Of a DNA stretch of 64,000 nucleotides, positions 42,155 to 56,031 are shown one piece after another. The position numbers and the translations under genes are program-made. How positions within the stretch are numbered: position 1 is the stretch's first letter; each line of letters starts with the position of its first letter. The stretch comes from Eledone cirrhosa. Its lineage: Eukaryota. The notes below the pieces were generated by a model. The model was not told the origin of the DNA and made no database searches. It was given only the letters and a program-made list of their open reading frames with translations. The stretch spans positions 324,198,001 to 324,262,000 of the forward strand of contig OZ024742.1 of NCBI GenBank assembly GCA_964016885.1, read 5' to 3'.

Positions 42155-43025
42155 CATGCATATATACATACATACATATATATATACACACACACACATA
42201 CACACTTACATATACATATAATTATTTGGGGGGGGGGAATTAAATTTATTAGTGAGAAATAATAAATATATATAGTTTTCAAGAAACATAGAGTCATACC
42301 CTGAAGTTAAAGCATTATATATGTTTACTTAATGGTATCAGTTTTAGGAAATGATAGTTGTAAGAAGGAAAGCAAACTTATGTAGTTCATCAGTAGTAGA
42401 ATATTAATTATAAGTTAACTAAATTAAAAATAGTTTATATATTAATTTCTAAAGTGTATATTAATTAGGTTTATAATATTTAAAGGTTTTTCTCAGTTTA
42501 TGATTACACGATATTATTAATTCCTGTCGCTTATTTAATAGGATATCCTTAGATTTCAATTTGGTCAATTCAAAACCTGTTCCCAAACAGACCTATTGTA
42601 TTGAATCTTTGTTTTTTTTCAATAAACAAATATCATTATTTCTGAAGACAGCGGTGGATTGGCAGTATCGGTAGAGGGTCGGACGCCATGCTTTCCAGCA
42701 TAGTTACGTCCCTTTACGATCTGAGTTCAAATCCCGCCGAGGTTGACTTTGCCTTTCATCCTTACGGGGGTCGATAAAATAAAGTACCAGTAATGCACTG
42801 GGTAATTGCTGGCCTTGTGCCTAAAGTAGAAACAATTATTTCTGAAGACAGCATATATATGTGTAGGTATGTATATTCCCTCTGATAGTTTGTATAAATA
42901 TTGTACATAGATCTATAGAATATGCATACCAACTCTAACACATATATATCCTAGAAACGATCGTAAAATGATGAATTTTTTAATATAAGGAACTGTTTCT
43001 TTGTTTATTCATTATTTTATTAATT
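41190..43025. mobile_element. Decayed Penelope-like element with inverted arms and long-stem-II HHRs at 41242-41383 (-) and 42835-42974 (+)
   Basis: Arm 41190-41455 vs 42562-43025; TCATTATTT-CTGARGA...GAAAC-GATM-GTA-AAATGATGA; degenerate DV..FTNI RT-like remnant near 41850-41880 (-). Confidence 0.75.
42653..42834 (+). mobile_element. OK-like SINE with an ~18-bp target-site duplication
   Basis: ATTATTTCTGAAGACAGC at 42635-42652 and 42835-42852; SINE absent from the other arm. Confidence 0.9.
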
Positions 43026-43100
43026 TATAATATATATATATATATGTGTGTGTGTGTATATATATATATGTATACATATGTGTGTATGTATATATACATA

Positions 43101-43144
<44 letters not shown>

Positions 43145-43209
43145 TATACATACATATATATATACATATATACATACATATATATACATATATATATATA
43201 TATTTATAT

Positions 43210-43392
<183 letters not shown>

Positions 43393-43424
43393 TATATACA
43401 CACATATACATACATATGTGTGTA

Positions 43425-43464
<40 letters not shown>

Positions 43465-43574
43465 TCCAGTTCCTCAGTGAAATAACAACCCAACCAGGAA
43501 CTGGGCATATCAGAGTATTGACAAAATTATACACCTCAACAACATATGTACTTGTCTATACCACACTAATTCGG

Positions 43575-43629
43575 ACTGCCTGAAGAGGTCACAGCCAAAG
43601 ATGGCTGTCACTGAAATATATATAGCAGT
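43575..43629 (+). ncRNA. Canonical minimal type I hammerhead ribozyme in a ~265-bp insert between (TA)n tracts
   Basis: ACTGC-CTGAAGA-GGTcACAGCCA aaga TGGCTGTcACT-GAAA-TATATA-TA-GCAGT, then AATAAA. Confidence 0.85.
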
Positions 43630-43720
43630 AATAAACGAAGCTAAATTTTAAACATTTCACTTTTTATTTAACTTTATTTTATATATAAGTAAGTTAATTT
43701 TATAATTTTCTTATTTTGCG

Positions 43721-43914
<194 letters not shown>

Positions 43915-44265
43915 ATATGCATGTATGCACATGCATTTATGTTGCGTACAAACCACTCATACACACATACACACTCACTGAAGAAATGTGTCTATGTGTG
44001 CTTAATAAGATGGAGAGAAAAGCGAGAGAAAGGCAGAGTGACCAGTGGGAACTCATGTCTTGACGTCATGTCAGCTGAAAGCTCTTTAACAAATCGAATC
44101 AAGTTCTCATTGGATCAGAAGTATTTTTACGTCATTGCCATGTCGTCTCTCTCTTTGCCTGTCTCTCGTTGCCATAATTCATCATCCTCTACTTCAATAA
44201 ACGCCTCTTTTCTCTCTTCTACTTACACTATATCTCTGTTTTCTGCCTCTTTCACTGTCAATGTA

Positions 44266-46559
44266 ATGATGTCTCTCTCTCTCCATCTGAGAGACTATGA
44301 TGTCTCTCTCTCCACCTGAGAGACTATAAAGTCTCTCTCTCTCTCCATCTGAGAGACTATGATGTCTCTCTCTCCACCTGAGAGACTATGATGTCTCTCT
44401 CTCTACCTGAGAGACTATGATGTCTCTCTCTCCACCTGAGAGACTATGATATCTCTCTCTCCACCTGAGAGACTATGATGTCTCTCTCTCTCCACCTGAG
44501 AGACTATGATGTCTCTCTCTCCACCTGAGAGACTATGATGTCTCTGTCTCTACCTGAGAGACTATGATGTCTCTCTCTCCACCTGAGAGACTATAATATC
44601 TCTCTCTCTCCACCTGAGAGACTATAATGTCTCTCTCTCTCTACTTGAGAGACTATGATGTCTCTCTCTCCACCTGAGAGACTATAATGTCTCTCTCTCT
44701 CCACCTGAGAGACTATGATGTCTCTCTCTCTCCACCTGAGAGACTATGATGTCTCTCTCTCCACCTAAGAGACTATGATGTCTCTCTCTCCACCTGAGAG
44801 ACTATAATGTCTCTCTCTCTCTACCTGAGAGACTATGATGTCTCTCTCTCCACCTGAGAGACTATGATGTCTCTCTCTCCACCTGAGAGACTATGATGTC
44901 TCTCTCTCCACCTGAGAGACTATGATGTCTCTCTCTCCACCTGACAGACAATGGTATCTCTCTCCATCTGAGAGACTATGATGTCTCTCTCTCTCTACCT
45001 GAGAGACTATGATGTCTCTCTCTCCACCTGAGAGACTATAATGTCTCTCTCTCCACCTGAGAGACTATGATGTCTCTCTCTCTCCACCTGAGAGACTATG
45101 ATGTCTCTCTCTCCACCTGAGAGACTATGATGTCTCTCTCCACCTGAGAGACTATGATGTCTCTCTCTCTCCACCTGAGAGACTATGATGTCTCTCTCTC
45201 CACCTGAGAGACTATGATGTCTCTCTCTCCACCTGAGAGACTATGATGTCTCTCTCTCTACCTGAGAGACTATGATGTCTCTCTCTCTACCCGAGAGACT
45301 ATGATGTCTCTCTCTCCACCTGAGAGACTATGATGTCTCTCTCTCCACCTGAGAGACTATAATGTCTCTCTCTCCACCTGAGAGACTATGATGTCTCTCT
45401 CTCCACCCGAGAGACTATGATGTCTCTCTCTCTCCACCTGAGAGACTATGATGTCTCTCTCTCCACCCGAGAGACTATGATGTCTCTCTCTCTCCACCTG
45501 AGAGACTATGATGTCTCTCTCTCCACCTGAGAGACTATGATGTCTCTCTCTCCACCTGAGAGACTATGATGTCTCTCTCTCCACCTGAGAGACTATGATG
45601 TCTCTCTCTCCACCTGAGAGACTGTGATGTCTCTCTCTCCACCTGACAGACAATGGTATCTCTCTCCATCTGAGAGACTATGATGTCTCTCTCTCTCTAC
45701 CTGAGAGACTATGATGTCTCTCTCTCCACCTGAGAGACTATAATGTCTCTCTCTCCACCTGAGAGACTATGATGTCTCTCTCTCTCCACCTGAGAGACTA
45801 TGATGTCTCTCTCTCCACCTGAGAGACTATGATGTCTCTCTCCACCTGAGAGACTATGATGTCTCTCTCTCTCCACCTGAGAGACTATGATGTCTCTCTC
45901 TCCACCTGAGAGACTATGATGTCTCTCTCTCCACCTGAGAGACTATGATGTCTCTCTCTCTACCTGAGAGACTATGATGTCTCTCTCTCTACCCGAGAGA
46001 CTATGATGTCTCTCTCTCCACCTGAGAGACTATGATGTCTCTCTCTCCACCTGAGAGACTATAATGTCTCTCTCTCCACCTGAGAGACTATGATGTCTCT
46101 CTCTCCACCCGAGAGACTATGATGTCTCTCTCTCTCCACCCGAGAGACTATGATGTCTCTCTCTCTCCACCTGAGAGACTATGATGTCTCTCTCTCCACC
46201 TGAGAGACTATGATGTCTCTCTCTCCACCCGAGAGACTATGATGTCTCTCTCTCCACCCGAGAGACTATGATGTCTCTCTCTCTCCACCTGAGAGACTAT
46301 GATGTCTCTCTCTCTCCACCTGAGAGACTATGATGTCTCTCTCTCCACCTGAGAGACTATGATGTCTCTCTCTCCACCCGAGAGACTATGATGTCTCTCT
46401 CTCTCCACCTGAGAGACTATGATGTCTCTCTCTCCACCTGAGAGACTATGATGTCTCTCTCTCCACCCGAGAGACTATGATGTCTCTCTCTCCACCCGAG
46501 AGACTATGATGTCTCTCTCTCTCCACCTGAGAGACTATGATGTCTCTCTCTCTCCACCT
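44266..46559. repeat. 27-31 bp minisatellite, ~77 copies, each with a GAGAGAC-tatgat-GTCTCTC hairpin
   Basis: Unit CCACCTGAGAGACTATGATGT(CT)n; a marker variant recurs at 44941 and 45643. Confidence 0.95.
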
Positions 46560-46890
46560 CTGTCTCTAGTTGCCGCAATTAACTATCCACTACTTTATAA
46601 TACACCTTTCGTTTTTCCTTTCTCTTTTCTCTATCTTCCTTTACCACTCCCTCTCTCTCCCTCTCTCTTTCCCTCCCTCCCTCTCTCTCTTACTCCCTCT
46701 CATTCGCTGTCTTACAACGTTCTCTCTCACCCTCTCTCTCTCTCTACATTTCTTCGCCCACTCTCTCATTTCTTTCGCTTTCTGTCTGTCTATCTTTCTC
46801 TCTCTCCACAGGCACACAGACATACACATATTCGCATACACAGACACACCGACATACACATATTCGCATACACAGACACACAGACACACA

Positions 46891-47018
<128 letters not shown>

Positions 47019-47869
47019 CACACACACATATATACTGTATGTATGTATATATATATATGTACAGTATATACATCTATATATATATATATGTATATATATA
47101 TGTATATACATCTCTATATATATGTATATATATATACAGTATATATACATATATATACTATATATATGTATATACATCTCTCTCTCTCTATATATATATA
47201 TATATAGTATATATATATACATATATATAGTATATATATATATCTATCTATACTATACATATATATAGTTGGGTTCCCCCCCCCCCCGAGAAAACCCAAC
47301 TACCATAACTTGTTTTCTCCTCCATCTGAAACTTTTCTTCTTCTTCTTCTTCTTCTTCTTCTTCTTCTTCTTCTTCTTCTTCTTCTTCTTCTTCTTCTTC
47401 TTCTTCTTCTTCTTCTTCTTCTTCTTCTTCTATACCCCCAACCCTCCCATTATCTCCCATTTCCACTATTATTTACGTTATTCTCATTTACCACTCTTTA
47501 CTTCTTACACCTCTTCCGGCCTTTCTAATTCTTCTGAAATATTTAATATTATTGTTAATAAATTCACGTACATATGTTTAGCTACGCATCGTTGTCTCAG
47601 TACTTCACTTTAAATCTTTATAATTATTATTGCATTTTCCCTTTTCTTCCTAATCATACAGTTATGCCTACATATCCTCGTTCTCCAGCTTCTACTACAT
47701 CGCCGGTAAGATTTTTTGAAAATTTATATACGAAAAACAGAACAAATTGTTTGAAAAAATATATTATTTTGTAGATTAACCCCCAAGCTGAATTGTCAGC
47801 TGGGTGGTAACCCCATCTTTCGCCCCTTTAGGGGCGAAAATTTTAATTTTAAAATTGTTTTAAAATATC

Positions 47870-50800
47870 AAATTTTACAAACTATATAACTTGAACAACA
47901 AAAGAACGCTGGAGAACGTCAATCGAGAAAAGAGAGAAAGAGAGAAAGAGGCAGATTTTAACGTTATATCTGCTTCTGCTACTATGGACGTCGCCATAGA
48001 TACGACTGTCAACAAAGAGGAAAAAATGTTACCACTCGAAAATTGTACAATTTTTACCGTCGAAACGGAGAAAAATAACACTATCTCACATGAAAACACA
48101 TAAATTAAACCTATTAACATACATACGCATGAAAAAGACATCAACAACTCCACAGATACATCTACACATAAAGTTTCACCTCGTCAAGGAACTGAGATTT
48201 CCAACACCGAGGCTAACAACGATAACAACAACAACAACAGCAACACCACACAAAAAAAGAAAATGTCTTTTGCTGAAACAGTGAACAAAAAACAAGATTT
48301 TATAAATCTTGACATCTCCAATGCAAGAGATATGCTCCAGCAAGGGAGAAAATTTGTAACTTTCGAAGAAAAAGGTGAATTTAGAATTAACTCACCCCTT
48401 GAAATAAAGGAAGACACAGTTCGAAGATCAGTCACCTTTAGGACTGTGTCCAATTCCACGAGAAAGCCGATATTTGTTAGTCAAGCAGATATAGAAGCTA
48501 CTTTAAAGGAAATTCTAGCAAATATCGATTTTCTCCAACGAGGAAAACAGTACAGAAGTGTTTCCGTACTGTTTAAAAGCGAGGCACTCGCCCAAAAACA
48601 TTCTGTGACACCAATGGTGTCAAAAGTATTCACCCTTTTCCCTACATACATGGGAAAAAGGACACAAAATATAAAAATAAAAATATACCCCCAAACATTA
48701 ACATCTGGTAGATCTTGGCTGGCTTCAAACACTACCACAAACACACACACCGAAACACCACCACCACACAACATACCCCTACCCTACACACCTGACAATG
48801 ATTATTCATCGACGGATGAAGCTGCTTCTCCTTCTTTAAGTGAAGAGGGAGAGCTGCGGAAATCTAAAAAACAAAAAAAGGGACACCGCAAAACCCCCAA
48901 AACTCCAATCACCAATACCAACATACAACCACAGACACAAACAACAACACAAACAACACCACACTCAAACATCCCCCTAGCAGCAAAACCAACACCAACA
49001 ACACCCCAAACACAAGCACCCTCCATAAAAAGAAAACTCCCGGACGAACAACAAACTAAAACCACACAACAAAAACACAAACAACAATATGCATACATCA
49101 ACACAAACAACAAGAATTTGATGGAGGTAATCTCCCAACACCCCATCCAGCACCCAAATGGAGATTGAACAACCCGATCTCCAGGAAACGAAAAGGTAAG
49201 TGCACCTTTCGCCCTTTTTTCTCCAACTCTTCTTCACCAACATGGCTAGCTTACGAGTTGGAAGGGTGAATGTGCGTGGCCTAGGGATGCCCTGGAAACA
49301 GGGCCAACTTTTAAACGACCTTAGGTCACACGGTATGGATGTGATAGCCTTCACCGAGTCCAGGATTCACAACAGGCAGTAACTAACCCCCATCTTCGAC
49401 GACTTTGAGATCTACGCATCTCTCTGTCAGCCAGGAGGTGGGGGTGGAGTGGTTGTCATGTTTCGGAAGAACCTGGACGTCGAAGTACAGCAAGTACACT
49501 TGGACCCGGAGGGTAGACTGGTAGTACTAGACGTGAACAGTATTGGAGGTGGAGCCTCAGACTAGTGGCCGTTTATGCCCCGACCGGGCAATCGCATTCA
49601 CGGCCAGACGTCTTTAAGCGTCTAGAGTCCTTTCTGGGAACGTCTCGCTCCTTACTTTTAGAGGGAGACTGGAATGGTATCCTAGATGCACGATGGGACT
49701 ATGTGGGAGCATGTCCCAGTAGAGCGGGGTGCAACAGCCTCAAAACTTTTATCGGCCAATTCCAACTGGCCGATAGGTATCGACTGCATATCCCGACTGC
49801 ACCACAGTGGACGTGGCAAACCGCAGCGGGACATCTAGATCGTATTTAGATAGGTTCTTCATTAGAGAAAGGGACAAGGAGATGTTAAGCTGTCCACGAA
49901 TGCACATGGATCACAAATTAGTCATCTGCTTAGTCAACCGTGATAGAACACATAAACAAGGACCCGGATACTGGAAGCTGAACGTGTCGTTGCTGGCACG
50001 TAAAGCTTACAGTGAACGGATAATTAGACTAGTCAAGCAACAGTTAACAGGAGCCATCGTCAACAATAGATGGTGGTACTCTCTCAAGAAAGCAATTAGA
50101 ATAGAATCGATAGGGTTTAGCAGAGAGTTGCCTTAGAGAAAAACAAACTAGAAAGAGAACTAATAGCCAAGGTAGAGGAGGCACTTAGAAGTGACAATGC
50201 GGCTAGAGTGTTAGCGTCGAGAACGGCACTGGACCAGTTCTTCGATGCGAAACACGAAGACTGCGTGGTCACAAGCAAAACACGTGCTCTAGGAAATGAA
50301 GGAGCGAGAGCTGTCAGCTGGGCCCGAGTGACGGAGGCAAAAAGTGGCAACAAGTCCACGAATCGGTCTTTGAAAGATCAAAATGGACGCGTGCTACTTG
50401 ACCCCAAGCAAATGTTCGCGGCCTTTCAGCAGCACTTTGCGCGACTGTTTGAGCAGAACGACGGTGAGCCGAACGGGGCAAATAACTTTAGTTCATACCT
50501 CGACGGCCTGCCGCGTCTCTCGAACACGGACACCGAGTTCTGCGATAGACCAATCACGGACACTGAGATACGGGACGCTCTGGGCCGCTGCGGGAAACGC
50601 AAGTCACCCAGTCTAGATGGTCTACCCTATGAGTTTTACATAGGTATGCCGGACTTGTTCTCTGGCGTCCTTGAAGCCGTCTACTGCAATTGGCAGCAGA
50701 ACGGGAGAATTCCCAGTTCTGCAGGCAAGGGCGTAGTAAAGCTGATCAGGAAAGACGAGAACAGATTAAAGATTTTGACCAAGGTGCTAGCGACGAGGTT

Positions 50801-52395
50801 GGTGCTTGTCGTCGAGAACCTGGTAGGGAAAGCGCAAACGCGTGCAATCCCGACCAGGTCCATACATGACAACCTCCACCTCATGCGATACATCATAGAG
50901 AGGGTGGGTAGTAAACCCGGCTTCGGTGGGGCTCTGATCAATTTGGATTAGTCTAAGGCATTCGATAGGGTCGACCATCGATACTTGGAAGCGGTTCTCA
51001 AGGCGGCCGGTGTCGGTCCCGTGTTCAGAGGCTGGATCGAAGCGATGCACACCAGCATCTGCTCGAGGGTCAAGATGAACGGCTACCTATCGGAGCCGTT
51101 AGCAATCACGCGTTCCATTCGACAGGGGTGCCCTCTCTCCTCCATTCTGTATGTATTGACTCTAGAGCCACTACTGCGGAAATTGGAGCTGTTGCAATGC
51201 ATCCCTCTAGAACCGGGACTGACGGTAATGGTGTCGAACACCTCGGAAATCAGGGTGTTCGGCAACTTACTGAAAGAATATGAAACGCTGACGGGAGCAA
51301 GATTAAACCCGGACAAGTCTGTCTGTTTGCAACTCGGTACGTGGAGAGGCAAACCGATGACGTCCGACAGCGTCGTTGGACGCTGGACCGACGGACCGGT
51401 TAATTGCTCGGGGTCTGGTTCGGTCCAGACCTCCAGGTGGAGAAAAACTGGAACGAGGTCACGGCCAAGGTGTTTGCACTCACCCAGAAGTGGGCAGAGT
51501 GCAAACTGTCCTTGAAAGGTCAAGCGGAGGTGGCGAACACTTTCATAGCGTCCGTCATCTACTACCGCTTGACTGTCGTGCCTTGTCCCGTGAACACCTC
51601 GCCAAGATGGAACGCATGCTCTTCCAGTTTCTGTGGAAGAAGCAGGCTCCGCTGGTGAGGAGATCCGTCTGCTATCAGCACCCTTCCAACGGAGGGCTGG
51701 GAATGCCGTGGCTGATGATGCGCAAACATGCCCCGAGGCTGCAGCATCTCCAGGTATTCCTCACCGACCCCCAACTGGTGTGGGCACCGTTTGTGAGACA
51801 GGCTTTCCCACAGCACGTCACACTGACGGAGCTGCAATCCTGGGTCAAGAAAAGACCGAAAACGATGGGCGCCTGGCACATTGAATGCGCTCAGGCTCTC
51901 ACAGTCCTCTGGCAAGCGGGCGCAGCAATCAGTGGAGACTCCACTTCGACATTCTATAGAGGGATTGTACGTTACAAGGGCGACGACGTGCTCGGAGAGA
52001 CTCTGGACGTTGAAGACGATGAGCTCACCAGTCTGTTTCGTAGGACTTTCCGCCCGGGACCTATGGACAACTTCCAGAGGTCCCTGGCCTGGAAGTGCTA
52101 CCGAGGAGCACTACCGGTTCGTGACAAGATCTACAGGCACGGACGCCCCGGCAGGGATCCTTCCAAGAGGACGTATCCAAGATGCGCGCAGGACATTGAA
52201 ACAGCCCTGCACGCAATTGTACACTGCCCGGGCGTAACCGACCTGTAGAACTATGCAGAACAACTGCTGTCGCGTATGGGACAAATCCAGTTGACTGCCG
52301 AGTCCATTGTAAGGATCAAACCGCCAGCCTCTTTCAAAAACGAAAGAGAGGCGGTTTTCCTCTGTACGGTGGCTATGGTGAAAGAAGTTATATAG
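47870..52395 (+). mobile_element. Tx1-like (L1 clade) LINE copy 1: ORF1 plus disrupted APE-RT ORF2
   Basis: ORF2 starts at 49242 with MASLRVGRVNVRGL; GDWN, SYLDR, MDH, GYWKLN, SPSLDGLPYEFY, LD*SKAFDRV, RQGCPLS; 5' boundary approximate. Confidence 0.9.
47984..49199 (+). pseudogene. Tx1-like ORF1, frameshifted
   Basis: ORF 48263-49168 (MSFAETV..., basic T/Q/P-rich tail); homologous end MEIEQPDLQETKR* lies just before ORF2. Confidence 0.6.
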
Positions 52396-55300
52396 AAATT
52401 GTGTTACATGGAAATTGTGCAGCCTGGTCCCCAGGAGACGAAGAGGTGAGTGATTTCTTTTCCTCTTCTGTTAACTTTTCAGCACCAACATAGCCAATAT
52501 AAGAGTTGGATGTGTGAATGTACGCGGCCTGGGGATCCCTGGAAACAGGGCAAACTCTTAAACGACTTCAGGTCGTACAGCATGGATGTAGTAGCCATTT
52601 GCGAGTGCAGGATCCACAGCGAGCGACAACTGGCCCCCATCTTCGACGACTTTGAGATCTACGCATCTCTCTATCAGCCGGGAGGTGGGGGTGGGGTTGC
52701 CGTTTTGCTGCGGAAACACCTGGACCTCGTAACACTGATGGTACATCTGAACCCGGAGGGTCGACTGGGGTCCTAGACGTTGACGGTAGTGAAGGTGGAG
52801 TCTTCAGGCTGGTGGCCGTATATGCCCCATCCGGGACACCACGTCCAGACTTCTTCAAACGTCTAGAGACTTTTATGGGAACGTCCCGCTCCCTGCTGTT
52901 AGTGGGGGACTGGAATGGAATCCTAGATGCACGTTGGGACTATGTGGGAGCATGTCCCGATAGAGAGGGCTGTAACAGCCTCAAACAGTTAATCGGCCGA
53001 TTTGACCTGGCCGATAGATAGCGACTAGATTTTCCGACTGTGCCACTGTGGACGTGGACTAATCGTAGCGGAACATCTAGATCGTACCTAGATAGGGTTC
53101 TATTTAGAAAGAACAATAGGGACATGTTAAGCTGTCCACAAATGTTCATGGTTACCTATTCAGATCATAAATTAGTGACCTGCTTAGTCAACCTTGACAA
53201 AACCCATAGACAGGCACCCGGCTACTGGAAGCTGAACTTCTCGTTACCGACATGTAAAGCCTACAGTAGACGGATTAGCACTTTAGTTAAGCAGCACTTG
53301 ACGGGGGCCATTGTCAACAACAGATGGTGGTACTCTCTCAAGAGGGCAGTTAGATTAGCCTCGATAGGTTTTAGTAAAGAATTAGTGTTAGCTAGAAATA
53401 AAACCGAAAAGGAACTGGTAGATAAAGTGGAAGAGGCACTTAGGAGTGGCAACGTAGCCAGCGTGCTAGCGACGAGAACGGCATTGGACCAGTTCTTCGA
53501 CGCAAAGCATGAAGGCTGCGTTGTCAGAAGCAAAATACGCGCTCTGGGAAACGAGGGAACCAAAGCTGTTAGCTGGGCCCGAGTGACGGAGGCGAAAAGT
53601 GGCAACAAATCCACGAATCGGTCTTTGAAGGACCAAGACGGACGCGTGATACGTGAGCCGAAGCAAATGTACGCGGCCTTTCAGTGGCACTTTGCTCAAC
53701 TGTTCGGGCAGGGAAGCGCGCCGGGAGGGGCTATGGATTTCGGTTCATACCTCGACGGCCTACCGCGACCCTCGGACAGCGAGGCGAAGTTCTGCGAAAG
53801 GCCGATTTCGGCCGCTGAGATAGGGGACGCGCTGAGCCAATGCGGCAAACGCAAATCTCCAGGTCTCGACGGTCTACCTAGCAATGCCGAACTTGTTCTC
53901 CGGTCTCCTGGAACCGATCTACTGCAGCTGACAGCAGAACGGGAGAATTCCCAGTTCTGTGACCAAGGGCGTAATCACGTTAGTCAGGAAGGACGAGAAC
54001 AAGGGGATGACATAGGAAACTTCCGGCCCATAACTCTGCTCAACACAGAGTTACAGATGTTGGCCAAGGTGTTGGCAAAGAGGCTGGCGCTTGTCGTCGA
54101 AAACCTGGTGGGAGAAGCGCAGACATACGCAATGCCGACCAGGTCCATACACGACAACCTCCACCTCATGCGATACACCATAGAGAGGGTAGGGTGTAAA
54201 CCCGGCTTCGGTGGGACCTTGATCAACTTGGATCAGTCTAAGGCTTTCGATAGGGTTGACCATCGTTACCTGGATGCGGTGGTCGAGGCGGCAGGCTTCG
54301 GTCCCGTGTTCAGGGGCTGGATTGCTGCAATGCACAACAGCAACATCTGTTCAAGGGTCAAGGTGAACGGCTACCTCTCGGAGCCTTTCCATATCACGCG
54401 ATCCATCCGACAGGGATGCACTCTCTCCTCCCTTCTGTACATACTGACTCTCGAGCCACTACTGCGGAAGTTGGAGCTATTGCAGGGCATCCCTTTGGAA
54501 CCGGGACTGCGAAAAGCGGCGTCGGCCTACGCCGACGACGTTACAGTGATGGTGTCGAGCACCTCGCAAATCGGGGAGATCGGCATTTTACTGGAGGAAT
54601 ACGAAAGGTTCACAGTAGCGAAGCTGAACCGGGTCAAATCCGTCAGTTTGCAACTCGGAACCTGGAGAGGCAAACCGATGTCTTCTGATGACGTCGTCGG
54701 ACGCTGGACGGAAGGACCGGTAAAGCTGCTCGGGGTCTGGTTTGGTCCTGACCTCCAGGTGGAGAAGAACTGGAACGAGGTGACGGCCAAGGTGTTTGCG
54801 CTCACCCAGAAGTGGGCCGAGTGCAAACTATCATTGAAAGGTCGAGCGGAGGTGGCGAACACTTTTATAGCGTCCGTCATCTACTACCGCTTGACCGTTG
54901 TGCCTTGTCCAACCAAAACGCCCACCAAAATGGAGCGCGCTCTTCCAATTCATTTGGAAGAAACGGGCTCTTTTGGTGAGAAGATCCATCTGCTGCCAAC
55001 ACCCTTGGGGATGCCGTGGCTGACGATGCGCAAACACGCGCTCAGGCTGACGCACCTCCACGCATTCCTCACCAGATAACCGGTGTTCGTGAGGCGAGCC
55101 TTCCCACAAATCGTCTTGCTGACCGAGCTGCAGACCTGGGTCAAGCAAAGACCAAGGAAAATGAGCGATTGGCATATCGAACGTGCTCAGGCGCTCACAG
55201 TCCTCTGGCAAACGGACCCGGCGATCAGTGGAGACTCCACTTCGACATTCTATAGAGGGTTGGTCCGCAGCAAGTGCGACGACACGCTCGGAGAAACTCT

Positions 55301-55947
55301 ACGCGTAGAGGAGGACGAACTGGCCAGTCTGTTCAGTAGGACCTTCCGCCCGGGACCAATGGACAACTTCCAAAAGTCCCTGGCCTGGCAGTGCTACCGA
55401 GGAGCTCTACCAGTTCGAGACAAGCTCTACAGACACGGGCTCCCGGGTAGGGGCCCTTCGAAAAAGATCTATCCGAGATGCGTGTGCGACGCGTAGAGTA
55501 TCTACATACACGCATATGGTGGACGAGGTTAAAAGGGCTGAGGTCAGACACCTTTCTCTCCGGCGAGCAACTGATTCGTTTTTTCAAATATCATTTTGGA
55601 AGAAGAATCAAGATGGAGAGAGAGGTGCTGTACCCCAGCAAATTTTATAAAAGGTGGGTGAATATGGCAAAGATGGCCCGAGTGGTTGGGCCTTCTCTCT
55701 ATATAAGCCTGTAGGTTGAGGAAAAAGAGGAAGAGAGGAAGGGAGTACTCACTCTTGGTGTTCCTGGAGATGAGGGTTGTACATTTTTTCGGGGTGTGTA
55801 CAACCCCTGTGTAACACCTCCCTCCATATTGGGGATTTCAATTGTTATTTGTTATTGTATTAATAGTTTTATTTTCATATACCTGTATGTAAACTCCCCA
55901 TTTGTATTTGTCCCCTTCTTTTGTGCCCTTGTGGCTAATAAAGAAAT
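52396..55947 (+). mobile_element. Tx1-like LINE copy 2 (ORF1 tail, ORF2 with YADD, 3' UTR with AATAAA)
   Basis: NFRPITLLN, LDQSKAFDRV, RQGCTLS, SAYADDVT; AATAAA at 55937; followed by (CTAT)n. Confidence 0.92.
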
Positions 55948-56001
<54 letters not shown>

Positions 56002-56031
56002 GTCTATCTATCTATCTATCTTAAAATTGTC

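Noticed and set aside
44266-46559. CRISPR-like palindromic repeats
   Set aside because: No spacers, no cas genes, eukaryotic context
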